From positions 1-27,659 of IMG/VR virus record IMGVR_UViG_3300005573_001228: a stretch of 27,659 bases of DNA; one strand, written 5' to 3'. The notes below the pieces were generated by a model. That model saw only the letters and a list, made by a program, of their open reading frames with translations. It was not told where the DNA came from and did not search any database. How positions within the stretch are numbered: position 1 is the stretch's first letter; every line of letters starts with the position of its first letter. This document shows positions 14,929-24,143 of this stretch, in pieces. A program made the position numbers and the translations under genes. This DNA comes from a virus (Duplodnaviria; Caudoviricetes).

Positions 14929-16620
14929 CTATTTCACCTCTAATTGTTTTTCCAATTTTAACCCACATTCCCCACATAGTAAACCCCAAGAACCATCTAA
15001 GTAAGTAACTTGCCATTCTACTGGCTGTTTACCGCATAAGGCGCACTTTTCAGTTGGATACATGCTGCTCGTTATACGCTCCAAACGCTTAAAATTTGCG
15101 CAGATTTGCGCAAAATCGCCTTTTGCGTGAATTTCAGCCTCCTTTTCTAAAACGGGACTGTAAAAGATGCTGTAAAATTTGCGCAAACAAGTTGTTTTAC
15201 TAATAATATAGTTGTCTAATTCTTGAATTGTAATGCTCTTTTCATTTCCGCCTTCACTACTATATATATAAATTGTGAGTGTGTTGCGCAAATTTTTCTT
15301 CCATTTTTCAAAGTTCTCTTGCAGATTGGAGTTTAAAATTCGCGCAATTTCGGAATTTGCGTAATTTTGCGCAATTTTTCCGTTTTGGATTGTCTTGTAG
15401 ATAACTTTCCGTTTATCCTGTGAGTCTTCATCGCTGGTTAAATAGCTGGTTTCCTCGAGAATGTTAAGGTAATTTTCAATCGTCCGCTTGCTCCGCCGAG
15501 GCTTAAAAGTAGCGTTGTAGGCTTCCACAGCCTCGGCAGTGTGGAAACTTGCAAGTTTCACGAGGCATTTATAGTAAAAGTCCAGAAGATTCTGGCTTAA
15601 GCCTGTCCTGCTGGTTTCAAAAAGGTTCAGGAAAATCGCCCAAGCGTCCTTAACGTCGCTTTCGCTTGCCACGAGAACCTCTTCATTTCCACTTTTCAAT
15701 CTAGGTCTATAGTAATAGTTGAGTGCTGCAACGCATTTGATAAAGTTTTCAAGAAAGCTGAACTCAGCCATGTCCGCTGCAACCTCGGTTGGGTAAAACT
15801 TGTCCAGCTCCTCGAAGGGAATGCAGATGTCTGTGAGTTTTAAAAGGCGGTTTTTGAGGGTGGCAATCCATATTCTTGCCTCGTCATATTCAACATCTAT
15901 GTCGTTTTTTAGCCAGGGATAAGCGTTCAACTTATGTGTTAAAGCGTTAACATGTTCAACTTTGCTTTTCGACTCTTCAGGGCAAACTATGAGGCAGCGT
16001 CGGCGAAACTCCTCGGGAACCGTTTCCTCCTTGGCCCTTATGAACACTGTTGCGGGCCACCCGCACACTTTAACATGTTTAGTCTGCAAGCTGCCAATCT
16101 TCGTTTTCTCAGTTATGCGGTATTCAATCTCCCGCTCATCATGGCTCAGAATTGGGTAAAGCATGCGGAAAGTTTCAGGGTGAGGGGTTTCAAGGAAAAG
16201 CAGAGTTTTGCCCTGCAGGTCAACCCGGTAATAACCGTCTTTAGCTTTAGCCTCGTAGTCCCTTCGAGCTTTCCTGTAATCTTCAAGCTTCTCGTATTCT
16301 TCCCGTTTAGGAGGTTCTAGCCTTGAACCGTCAGCGCTGTAAAGGTCACCCCTCTGATGGATGAGGGCTGTGGGGCTGAGTCTTCCAATAATCCAAACGT
16401 CACTTGCGGGGAAAAGTTTCAACACGTGGGTGGCGTTGTAGCTTTTCCCAGTTCCCGGGGCTCCTCGGATGTAAAGGTTTAAAGGGTTAGGCGTGTAGGC
16501 GCTTATGCCCGTGAGTAAAACGCTTACTTTAACCTTGTAATCGGCGATGATGATTTTGTCTAAAACGTTGATTAACGTTTCAAGTGGAACATCAAACTTT
16601 AACAAACCCTTCATCTCCAC
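14929..16620 (-). CDS. P-loop ATPase, probable replication helicase/initiator with C-terminal wHTH-like region and Zn finger
   Basis: GAPGTGKS Walker A, LLFLE Walker B-like, EFRRRC arginine-finger-like motif, CALC...CGEC. Confidence 0.7.
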   Translation of the reverse strand: MEMKGLLKFDVPLETLINVLDKIIIADYKVKVSVLLTGISAYTPNPLNLYIRGAPGTGKSYNATHVLKLFPASDVWIIGRLSPTALIHQRGDLYSADGSRLEPPKREEYEKLEDYRKARRDYEAKAKDGYYRVDLQGKTLLFLETPHPETFRMLYPILSHDEREIEYRITEKTKIGSLQTKHVKVCGWPATVFIRAKEETVPEEFRRRCLIVCPEESKSKVEHVNALTHKLNAYPWLKNDIDVEYDEARIWIATLKNRLLKLTDICIPFEELDKFYPTEVAADMAEFSFLENFIKCVAALNYYYRPRLKSGNEEVLVASESDVKDAWAIFLNLFETSRTGLSQNLLDFYYKCLVKLASFHTAEAVEAYNATFKPRRSKRTIENYLNILEETSYLTSDEDSQDKRKVIYKTIQNGKIAQNYANSEIARILNSNLQENFEKWKKNLRNTLTIYIYSSEGGNEKSITIQELDNYIISKTTCLRKFYSIFYSPVLEKEAEIHAKGDFAQICANFKRLERITSSMYPTEKCALCGKQPVEWQVTYLDGSWGLLCGECGLKLEKQLEVK

Positions 16621-16750
16621 ACATGGTTTTGTCCCGCACGCTTTCCCACAAAATTAAACCAGAAAGATAATCACACCAAAAGCCCGTGTCAAAGCCTTGA
16701 TAAGGCTTACAATGTTTACATTCTCGGCAACTTTTCCTTTTCCTATTCAT
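16592..16750 (-). CDS. Small Cys-rich protein (52 aa)
   Basis: Manual translation MNRKRKSCRECKHC...FWCDY...MCGDEGFVKV. Confidence 0.5.
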   Translation of the reverse strand: MNRKRKSCRECKHCKPYQGFDTGFWCDYLSGLILWESVRDKTMCGDEGFVKV

Positions 16751-16768
16751 ATATTAAGCCTCAAAATT

Positions 16769-16981
16769 TTAGTTGCTTCTTTTAAAAACGGGATAAACAA
16801 GCACAGACGCATCCGCACACTGCATACATAAATAATTGGTCCGACAATGCTTACCCCTATTAGCACTCGTTTTACGAAGGGCCCTCTCACCAGGCTTAAT
16901 TAGCCTTCCACAAGCTTGACAGCGAACAGGCTTAAGCTTATGTCGCTTTGAAATTGTGACAATTTTGGTTCTTTTGCTCAT
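16769..16981 (-). CDS. Small Zn-finger protein
   Basis: CQACGRLIKPGE...YLCMQCA. Confidence 0.65.
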   Translation of the reverse strand: MSKRTKIVTISKRHKLKPVRCQACGRLIKPGERALRKTSANRGKHCRTNYLCMQCADASVLVYPVFKRSN

Positions 16982-17004
16982 GTTAAGCCTTCTTTAACCG
17001 TCTC

Positions 17005-17181
17005 TCATGGGTCGCCCATATAGGGGTTGTATAACATTCCATTTTGTTCCATGTAATCCAATGTCCACTTCAGAAACAACAGAAAAGCCATGTATTCCTT
17101 ATCGTTTCGGGCTTTTCTCCATAATCGCCGTGAAAGGCTTCCAACATTGTCTTTTTTGGTTGCAGTAACTATTCTTTTCAT
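17005..17181 (-). CDS. Hypothetical protein (58 aa)
   Basis: Manual ORF MKRIVTATKK...NPYMGDP filling the gap between co-oriented genes. Confidence 0.45.
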   Translation of the reverse strand: MKRIVTATKKDNVGSLSRRLWRKARNDKEYMAFLLFLKWTLDYMEQNGMLYNPYMGDP

Positions 17182-17184
17182 GTT

Positions 17185-17505
17185 TTAAGCCTTCTTCGGC
17201 ACTCTAAAATGCGATTCTTTACCCGCACTAACGTAGTCTCCGCCAACTTCACGCACTATTTGAGCTATTTTCGCAAAGTTTTCAGCTCCCAAAAACTGCC
17301 GTGGCTTAATAATCACCAAATCCGCCGTATCTTCAAATTTAAGCAGGTCTGCCAGTTCAGTTGGAAACTTTGTCTTTAACGCTTCAACCGTTCGGGCTTG
17401 CTCTAATGTTTTCGCCGAAACCGCTGTGAATTCATGGATTATGGGTGTTATGGCGTCGAGGAGTTTTTGCCACATTTTTTGGCTTTCCTCTTCACTCAAC
17501 GGCAC
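17185..17505 (-). CDS. Conserved-looking archaeal hypothetical protein
   Basis: GAGGTGA RBS; KPRQFLGAENFAKIA...GGDYVSAGKESHFRVP resembles a family I recall from Bathyarchaeia (unverified). Confidence 0.65.
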   Translation of the reverse strand: MPLSEEESQKMWQKLLDAITPIIHEFTAVSAKTLEQARTVEALKTKFPTELADLLKFEDTADLVIIKPRQFLGAENFAKIAQIVREVGGDYVSAGKESHFRVPKKA

Positions 17506-17506
17506 T

Positions 17507-17779
17507 TTATCTCACCTCCAACATTTTATAATCGCCATAAATTTCCAGTATTTGCGAAACTGCAAAAGCCCGTTTACATGTAGCCTTCACAATTTTGCCA
17601 GCTAAAACCATGTTTTTTAATTGCCTTAAAGATTCAAAAGTCCGCTTTTCCCTATCCGCTGGAATCACACGGTCGTAATGGACAAGATATTCTTTGCGAA
17701 CTGGTAATATTTGCACTCGCAGGATCCACCGTTTATCTTCGGGTTTGCGGTAGATTAAACATGGAAAACCATCATTCAT
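17507..17779 (-). CDS. Hypothetical protein
   Basis: GGAGG RBS; tightly packed in the operon. Confidence 0.55.
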   Translation of the reverse strand: MNDGFPCLIYRKPEDKRWILRVQILPVRKEYLVHYDRVIPADREKRTFESLRQLKNMVLAGKIVKATCKRAFAVSQILEIYGDYKMLEVR

Positions 17780-17878
17780 GGGTCAGCCTCCTTTTTTGCT
17801 CTTTTCCGCCACTTTTTCACGGGCAAATCGTAGGCTCCAGACGCCCTGTTAAACACACATTCAGCCCCATCTGGAAAC

Positions 17879-18823
17879 CTATGATGCACCAAAACCACTT
17901 TGTTCATTTTTTACAAGCGCCTCCTTTTTGTAGTATTGGCAGCCAGTAGCCCAGCCTGGCATACGGTCCACAAGTTTACAAATAAGCAAATTAGCACATG
18001 AACTGCAAATTTTCGGCGTTAAACTTTCGGTTTTATAAAATTGTGGCTGCTGCGGCGAAGTTAAAGGTCCATTTTGCAGTTTTTCATATTCGCCCTTCAA
18101 ATCTTCAAAGTAGACGAGGCGGCTTAAATAAAACTGTGTGTAAGCTAAGCTTTTATGCCGAAGGATTCGCCTTAACAGTTCGAGGCTTCCGCCCTGCCTG
18201 TGCCATTCCGCAGCAAAATAATGCCTCAATAAGCGTGGAGTGAAACCTCCCACGCCAGCCTTTTCAGCTATCCTTTTCACAGTTACAAGCACGGTTGTCA
18301 CATGCAACGGGTTTTCAGCTTTCTTGTGGCTCCAGCTTCTGCTGTAAACTTCTCTCGTGAACACGTAGCCCTCTTGGCGTGGACCTATCAAATCTTGGAT
18401 AAGTTGAAGCGTTAAAGCGTCCAAGGGCAACGGATACAACCGTTTCCGTTTGCTGTCCAAGACATGGAAGGTTTTATCTTGAAAGTTTATGTTTTCAATT
18501 TTGAGGCTGCAGATTTCGCCTGTTCTTAAGCCGATTTTCATTGGAAGCCTAATCAGCAAATAATCTCGCAAGCAACAGTTTTGCCGTGCATAATCATGCA
18601 CGTGTAGAATGTCGGCTCGCCTAATTATGATAGCGTCTGCTTGCCAAGTGTATTTTTGTCCCCGGTTTTTCATGTAAAATTTAATTTTCGCCTTGGCTTG
18701 CCATTTAAAGATAGCTATGCATTTTACTGTTTGGTCCTTGGAGAGAGGTCGGTTAAAGTGAATTTTAGATTCAGTTTTTGAATAAGGTTTTAGAATCTGC
18801 GTGGGTTTGCGTTTGAGTGTCAT
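17879..18823 (-). CDS. Tyrosine recombinase/integrase with C-terminal Cys cluster; true start may be internal (MKNRGQ)
   Basis: GLRTGEI, catalytic K (DSK), TPRLLRHYFA, ILRHKS...TQFY. Confidence 0.88.
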   Translation of the reverse strand: MTLKRKPTQILKPYSKTESKIHFNRPLSKDQTVKCIAIFKWQAKAKIKFYMKNRGQKYTWQADAIIIRRADILHVHDYARQNCCLRDYLLIRLPMKIGLRTGEICSLKIENINFQDKTFHVLDSKRKRLYPLPLDALTLQLIQDLIGPRQEGYVFTREVYSRSWSHKKAENPLHVTTVLVTVKRIAEKAGVGGFTPRLLRHYFAAEWHRQGGSLELLRRILRHKSLAYTQFYLSRLVYFEDLKGEYEKLQNGPLTSPQQPQFYKTESLTPKICSSCANLLICKLVDRMPGWATGCQYYKKEALVKNEQSGFGAS

Positions 18824-18868
18824 TGGACCACTGGCTGCCTGGACCCTATTTTTGGCTGGGTTGAGTAT

Positions 18869-19039
18869 TTAAAACTTGCGGTGCGTCTGAGGGCTTATGA
18901 GGCTTAATATTTGGTTCAGTATGTCTTGGCGGATGTGTGGATGCTGCAGGTCTGTCAAAGGGATGTCTGTTACTACTTTTGTGCCTACGGTTATGGTTAA
19001 TCTTTCGTTCACTTTAATTTTTATTATTCGCTTCCTCAT
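18869..19039 (-). CDS. Hypothetical protein (56 aa)
   Basis: Manual ORF MRKRIIKIKV...QTHRKF with GAGGAG RBS. Confidence 0.5.
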   Translation of the reverse strand: MRKRIIKIKVNERLTITVGTKVVTDIPLTDLQHPHIRQDILNQILSLISPQTHRKF

Positions 19040-19042
19040 TGT

Positions 19043-19207
19043 TTACTCTCCTCTTTGTTTTGTCATGTATTCCCTTATAGCATCTTCCAAAGCTTCGCTT
19101 ACTTTTCTACCTGTGCCATATTTTTTGATGACAAAAATTAACCATTCACTCCAAAGTTTCTCATCAATGTTTATGCTTGTCTTCTTTTTTGTCGTTTTTT
19201 CCTTCAT
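19043..19207 (-). CDS. Ribbon-helix-helix transcription regulator (54 aa)
   Basis: KKTSINIDEKLWSEW...VSEALEDAIREYM matches the RHH pattern. Confidence 0.75.
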   Translation of the reverse strand: MKEKTTKKKTSINIDEKLWSEWLIFVIKKYGTGRKVSEALEDAIREYMTKQRGE

Positions 19208-19227
19208 GTTTATTTATTCATCTCCAT

Positions 19228-19425
19228 TTATGTTGGTTTTAAATATCCTTCTTTGGGCTCAAATATTACACCATATCTTAGTAATGTGTTTATAGCTTTT
19301 TCAGAATACCCCTTTCTAAACAGTTCCTCTTTTTTAGCCAAACCATATTTTTTAGCCCTATAATAGATTGCTCTATAAACTCTTTTTTCCTCTTCCTCTT
19401 CATTTGTATTTGTTTGTTCTTTCAT
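19228..19425 (-). CDS. Small winged-helix-like protein
   Basis: C-terminal AINTLLRYGVIFEPKEGYLK resembles MCM/RPA C-terminal wHTH; first gene of the leftward operon. Confidence 0.6.
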   Translation of the reverse strand: MKEQTNTNEEEEEKRVYRAIYYRAKKYGLAKKEELFRKGYSEKAINTLLRYGVIFEPKEGYLKPT

Positions 19426-19531
19426 GTTTTTTCGCCGTTTTACCTTTATAAGGTTTCTCCTATATAAGTTTTACCATTATACCACAAACTTTATATACCC
19501 CGACGGTATAATGGTATAATGGTGAAAAAGG
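19426..19531. promoter_or_regulatory. Divergent promoter region with operator-like repeats
   Basis: TATA boxes (TTTATATA 19490-19497 on +; TTATATA on - near 19461-19467); ACCATTATACC at 19473-19483 is inverted relative to GGTATAATGGT at 19505-19515 and 19513-19523. Confidence 0.7.
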
Positions 19532-19837
19532 ATGGTTGATGTGAAAACCGTAAACGGCAAAACCTACGTGCGCCTAAACTGCATCCGCTACGCCCTAATT
19601 CCAGAAGAAATAAAAAACTTGTTAGACGAAGCGTTTGCCGAAAAAATCGTTAAGGCTTTCCAAGCGCAGGTTGAAGCGAATCACGGCTGGGGCTTCACGG
19701 TCCGCTACAAGGGCTACCGTGTAAGATTTGACTTGGAAAATGCAACAAAAAACAAAATTCCCATAATTTACGAGGGTTACGTGGAAGAAGCGCCGCAGAC
19801 GACTCAAACAGTTTTAACGGAGGCTTTGGCACAATGA
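19532..19837 (+). CDS. Hypothetical protein
   Basis: GGTGA RBS; first gene of the rightward operon. Confidence 0.7.
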   Translation: MVDVKTVNGKTYVRLNCIRYALIPEEIKNLLDEAFAEKIVKAFQAQVEANHGWGFTVRYKGYRVRFDLENATKNKIPIIYEGYVEEAPQTTQTVLTEALAQ

Positions 19838-20034
19838 AATATAAGCGTGTTTGTAGTGATGCAAATTGCAAAGCTATTTTTTATTGCGAAGGCGAATGTC
19901 AAGTTAAAAGAAAAATTGAATTGGAAAACAACTGTTTTTGTCCAAAATGTTTACAGGAAACTTTGCAGAAGCATCCAGATTTTTACCCTGAAGATTCTCC
20001 GTTAAGGTGTAAAAGTCGATTAGGAGGAACCTAA
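19834..20034 (+). CDS. Small Cys-rich protein
   Basis: ATGA overlap; CSDANC...CFCPKC. Confidence 0.6.
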   Translation: MKYKRVCSDANCKAIFYCEGECQVKRKIELENNCFCPKCLQETLQKHPDFYPEDSPLRCKSRLGGT

Positions 20035-20282
20035 ATGACTTTGTCTGAGGCTGAAATAACACAACTCGCCATCCAAGGCATCATCACCCCATCATATTAT
20101 GTTGAGTTGAAAAGGAAAATTAGGCGAGAGAGGGTTGCCTATGAAGGGTAAAAGTGACAAAAGAAGTTTGACGGATGTGCAGTTCGAAATTATCATCGCC
20201 TTGCTTAATGAGGACCCGAAGTTGGGGGAAAGGCTTAAAATATACCTAAAATAAAAAATAACAATGACGGCAGAATGGGAAG

Positions 20283-20483
20283 ATGAAAGACAAAGACCGA
20301 AAAATATTTTACGCCGTAATAGCGGTGCTTTTGATAGCTATAGATTTTTTTTTGGCTTTTTGGTTATTGCCTATTTCCGTAGAAAATGCTGGAGTAGAAC
20401 TGTCTATTGGTTGTGCATCTGCAACTTTTTCTTTATCAACAATATTAAGCGTAATGCTAATTTTTGATGCGATCGAAGGATAA
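20283..20483 (+). CDS. Small two-TM membrane protein
   Basis: Two hydrophobic helices; converges on the tail operon. Confidence 0.55.
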   Translation: MKDKDRKIFYAVIAVLLIAIDFFLAFWLLPISVENAGVELSIGCASATFSLSTILSVMLIFDAIEG

Positions 20484-20487
20484 AAAG

Positions 20488-22512
20488 TTAAATGTTTGTT
20501 TGAAGCGTTTTCTGTGCCTCGAACATTTTGCGGAATATATAGTCTATCATTATGGGCTCGTTGCTCATTAGCAACTCAGTTTTCCAAAGAACGTCTTGGA
20601 GTGTGTGTGTTATTTCGAGGATGCGGAAGCTTCCGCTTATATTATCATTGCTTAGGGTTATGTTTTGCATGTCGCCCGGTTTGAAAGCGTTATTTCCAAA
20701 AGTTTCAACTGTTAAAGTTGTAACCTTATCCTTATAATAAGCAAGAAGACTTTGGGCCCTTTTCGAGCATTCATCATCACTTGTTAAAGAATCGTCAATG
20801 GTGGGTTCTGGCATTCTAACTCCATACAGACTTTGACTCGTAGAATCTTCGGCGGTTCCTCTCCATCTTCCATGCCCAAAATATAAGCCGTCAAGAAAAA
20901 CACCATCAGCTTGATTTGATGTAATGTCAAATGCTATTGCAGTAATGTTAGCCCATGATGGTGAACCAACTTTATGCCATGGTCCACTTGGATTTTTAAC
21001 TTCGTCATATTCTTGATTTGGTCCCAATTCAAATTGGTTAAAAGCCCAATTGTTATATGTGGTTACATTCATGGTAGCATAAAAGTAATTTGATGAATCT
21101 GGTGCGTATAACTGCACAGTCTTCGTGCCTGCGGGACCCCAATAAATCATGATGAAGAAGTTTAATGTTTGATATGCCCCTTTCCCAAATAAACATATTG
21201 AAGATAAGTTTCTGTGAAATTTCACTTCGTAAGGCGAGTCAGTTTGTGTGTTACATTGTAAACTGGTTGCACCAACTTTTTTAATTGTCATTGAAACATA
21301 TTTGGCAGCGCCTATATCTAAAATCCAGTTGTCAAGACTGTCAACAGTCCATGAATCCATGTCGGAAGGTTCGCATCTACCACTATCGCCTGGAACACCA
21401 ATTTGTCCTGCTTTTCCATAGACTTTTATTTTGTTTTTAACCCTATAAGTGTCATACTCAATCTTATACCGTATAATCTTATCTGTCAAATCAACCGTGC
21501 TATTATTAGCGCCGCGAGCAAAAATCCACAAGTTACCCGCAGGGTCCACGTAACCGTCAAAACCAACCGCCCCGCTGCTTGTTTGACAAGCATCCGCAAC
21601 GTCCCGAATCACATTCCAAGGCGTCTTCTCATCAAAAACATAACTATGCGTGCTTGCAATAGCATTGCTTCGGTCCACACCATAATTGCTCAAGTAACTG
21701 CAGAGGGCCACAGCATCCTTAATAATCGTCTTACCATTAGTGCCCGTATAAACTTTCTGTAAAAGCGAAGGCGGAACTTGCATTTCATCTCCATGGTCCA
21801 TACATTCCACATAAATGTAATATTCTGGGGCGCCCGCTGTTCCTTCGTAGCTGACTTTGCTTACTCTTCCGCCGAAAACTTTTTTGGCGGTGTCGCCTGT
21901 GCGGTAAAGCCAAATAAGCGTAACATCATGTTCTTTCACTTTGCCTGTGTATTGCTGGTTGAAGTTGGGAAGTTTAAATTTGGCTCCAGCCAAACCTCGA
22001 CTTAAAATTGGCAAAGTAATTTCTAAGCTTTCGATGGCGTCTGCAACGCTTAAATCTTCAGTTACTGGCGTTAACAGTGGGTTTTTGCAGATGGCAACAT
22101 AATCAAACTTAACGTTATTAGTAAAGTTACCAACATACTCTTCCAACAAAGCAATTTTGTCAATTGGGTTTCCAGTCGCAAGCGAAAACGAAAACACGCC
22201 TGTTCCCGTCTGTCCAGCTGCCACATTATACCAGTTACCGTCAGTTCGATGAATTTTTACACCCCATGTCGTGTTGGCTCCGTTAACTTCAGTTACACAC
22301 ACTATAAGTTTTGAATAAGTCACACTATCAATGGCACCAACATTTTTTTCAACTCTCCCAACAGCATTAAAACCAATAATCGTTATTTCGTCGCCGTTTA
22401 CTGTGTAAGTACCAGAAACAGCTGTCCATCCCTTAATAAAATTATCGTCGAAAAAGGCTGGTTCCCTGAAGACTCCTATGCGGCATTTAGGCTGTGGAAG
22501 GTTTGCACTCAT
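20488..22512 (-). CDS. Tail tip/baseplate hub-like protein with inserted carbohydrate-binding-like domains
   Basis: Follows TMP; VFGGRV, GFDGYVD, VKNKIKVYG, SQSLYGVR and PGD...FRILEITH hub-like motifs; Trp/Asn-rich beta inserts. Confidence 0.7.
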   Translation of the reverse strand: MSANLPQPKCRIGVFREPAFFDDNFIKGWTAVSGTYTVNGDEITIIGFNAVGRVEKNVGAIDSVTYSKLIVCVTEVNGANTTWGVKIHRTDGNWYNVAAGQTGTGVFSFSLATGNPIDKIALLEEYVGNFTNNVKFDYVAICKNPLLTPVTEDLSVADAIESLEITLPILSRGLAGAKFKLPNFNQQYTGKVKEHDVTLIWLYRTGDTAKKVFGGRVSKVSYEGTAGAPEYYIYVECMDHGDEMQVPPSLLQKVYTGTNGKTIIKDAVALCSYLSNYGVDRSNAIASTHSYVFDEKTPWNVIRDVADACQTSSGAVGFDGYVDPAGNLWIFARGANNSTVDLTDKIIRYKIEYDTYRVKNKIKVYGKAGQIGVPGDSGRCEPSDMDSWTVDSLDNWILDIGAAKYVSMTIKKVGATSLQCNTQTDSPYEVKFHRNLSSICLFGKGAYQTLNFFIMIYWGPAGTKTVQLYAPDSSNYFYATMNVTTYNNWAFNQFELGPNQEYDEVKNPSGPWHKVGSPSWANITAIAFDITSNQADGVFLDGLYFGHGRWRGTAEDSTSQSLYGVRMPEPTIDDSLTSDDECSKRAQSLLAYYKDKVTTLTVETFGNNAFKPGDMQNITLSNDNISGSFRILEITHTLQDVLWKTELLMSNEPIMIDYIFRKMFEAQKTLQTNI

Positions 22513-23264
22513 CTTTCAACGACTCCCGCCCTTTTCAAAACATCCAAAATACGATTAGCAAGCTTATCCGCATCATAATGGCTTGCGAAAGTGCTGCCCC
22601 GAGCGTCAACATTCAAAACTAAACCGCCAGCCCCAGCCGCCGCAGTTCTGGGCAAAACATACTCTCCAGCATGAAGATAATAAACGCCTTCTTCTCGTAT
22701 TGGACCGCCGAATTGTCGGCTTGGAATTCGTGCAGCTAAGGCTAAACCTATTCCAGCGGCAGCTATGGCTCCTGCCAATATAGCCCAACCCCAAGGTCCG
22801 CTTAACGCGTTTACAATTGAGAGAGCTATGGCTTTAGCTTGTAAAGCAGCCACATGAGCCCATTCTGCAAGAGTGTTTGCAGCCGTCTGAGCAGCGTGGG
22901 CAATATGTGCCGCAATGGATGCATACATCATTTTTGTTTTTGCAACTATTGCTCCTGTTAGAGTCCATTCTGCAGCTTCTTGTGCTTTTAAGGCTCCAGT
23001 TAAAACACCCACCGTCTTAGCCATGTTTTCTACAATGGTGTAAACGCGGAGGGCTGCGCCTAAACCGTGAAGCATTCCCGTAACTTCTTTTCCAACTTGA
23101 CTGTTGTTAAATAAGACTTTGTTAAGTTCGCCGATGCTGTAGGCTGCAGTTTGAACTTGCCAGGCTATGCCCCGCATGTTAATTTGAATTTCATCCGCCG
23201 TTTCCTTAATCATGTTCCTTGCAGAAAAAGTTATTACAACCCGCTTTTCAGTTTCTTCAGCCAA
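22509..23264 (-). CDS. Short tape measure protein
   Basis: Ala-rich helical protein with SGPWGWAIL and RQFGG...YYLHAGEYVLP C-terminal TMP motifs. Confidence 0.72.
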   Translation of the reverse strand: MAEETEKRVVITFSARNMIKETADEIQINMRGIAWQVQTAAYSIGELNKVLFNNSQVGKEVTGMLHGLGAALRVYTIVENMAKTVGVLTGALKAQEAAEWTLTGAIVAKTKMMYASIAAHIAHAAQTAANTLAEWAHVAALQAKAIALSIVNALSGPWGWAILAGAIAAAGIGLALAARIPSRQFGGPIREEGVYYLHAGEYVLPRTAAAGAGGLVLNVDARGSTFASHYDADKLANRILDVLKRAGVVER

Positions 23265-23266
23265 TT

Positions 23267-23620
23267 TTAATCCCTCAACACTTCACTAACTTTTTCCATA
23301 AGTTCTTCCCATCTTTCCATAATAACTTGCCATGCTTTTGTCATAAACAACTTAGCCTGAATATATCGTGTTCCAAACTCTTGGTAAACAGCGTAGGGGA
23401 CTTCAGCAAAAATCTTGTAGCCCTCTTCCAGTCGCCACATCCAACCTATGCTGGACCTAAGCCGCCCAGTTCTCACAGGGGCCTCGCTTCGGGCCTGTTC
23501 CGTGGCATCGTCAACTATTTCCTGCATTTTCTCCCTTACCTTTTCGTCAAGTTCATCTGGCAAACTTTCAAGCCAACTTTTCAACTCGTCCGCGCCTTCT
23601 ACGTTTATTTCTACACTCAT
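23267..23620 (-). CDS. HK97 gp10-like tail completion protein
   Basis: APVRTGRLRSSI and YAVYQEFGT motifs. Confidence 0.85.
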   Translation of the reverse strand: MSVEINVEGADELKSWLESLPDELDEKVREKMQEIVDDATEQARSEAPVRTGRLRSSIGWMWRLEEGYKIFAEVPYAVYQEFGTRYIQAKLFMTKAWQVIMERWEELMEKVSEVLRD

Positions 23621-23808
23621 TTTTCCACCCGCTTGAGAGTCTCCTCTGCCCTCAAATTTTCTGCATACAAAACAGCAAGAACATTCTGTATTTTACGGCA
23701 GTCTTCACGGGCTAACTGGCTTGGCAAACAACCCAACTGAAGACACAAGTAGGCTTCTATGCTTTCAGGGTTAGGATTGTTGCGAAGCCAACTGGCGACC
23801 GATGCGAA
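23617..23808 (-). CDS. Frameshift extension (gpGT-like) of the tail assembly chaperone
   Basis: Open +1 frame FASVASWLRNNPNPESIEAYLCLQLGCLPSQLARED...RVEK* starting at TTT TTT CGC; stop overlaps the next ATG. Confidence 0.65.
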   Translation of the reverse strand, partial: FASVASWLRNNPNPESIEAYLCLQLGCLPSQLAREDCRKIQNVLAVLYAENLRAEETLKRVEK

Positions 23809-24130
23809 AAAACTCTGTCCGATTCAAACCTGCAACTTTACACGCGCATTCCAGCAGTTTTGCGCCAAGCATTGGAGGCACACCCTTGTCTGGGTCCTCG
23901 CTTGTTAACGCTTCAAAAGTTATCGGGTTTGTTTCTGGTTGACTTGCAAGTGTCGCCAAGATTAATTCAGCGTTTATTTTTGTGTCGTCAGTGTAAACTA
24001 CGCCTTGGTTTGCAACTGTGTGTTTCTGCATGATTTTTGCGTATTTGCCCCATGTTAACGGCTTGAAAACGTATTTGCCCATGTATTTAGCGCCGAAGCT
24101 GCCGTCTACTTCTAAAACAATTTCTTCCAT
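23771..24130 (-). CDS. Tail assembly chaperone
   Basis: AGGTGA RBS; follows the tail tube gene; slippery site near the 3' end. Confidence 0.7.
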   Translation of the reverse strand: MEEIVLEVDGSFGAKYMGKYVFKPLTWGKYAKIMQKHTVANQGVVYTDDTKINAELILATLASQPETNPITFEALTSEDPDKGVPPMLGAKLLECACKVAGLNRTEFFRIGRQLASQQS

Positions 24131-24143
24131 ACGGTTTTCACCT

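Noticed and set aside
18690-18870. attP / tRNA-derived attachment site near the integrase
   Set aside because: No tRNA-like T-arm or clear core repeat recognised; needs the host sequence
19995-20003. Single 9-mer matches to spacers (TTCTCCGTT here; TGGAACTTT at 4681)
   Set aside because: The partner spacer does not match next to them, and isolated 9-mers are expected by chance in 27 kb
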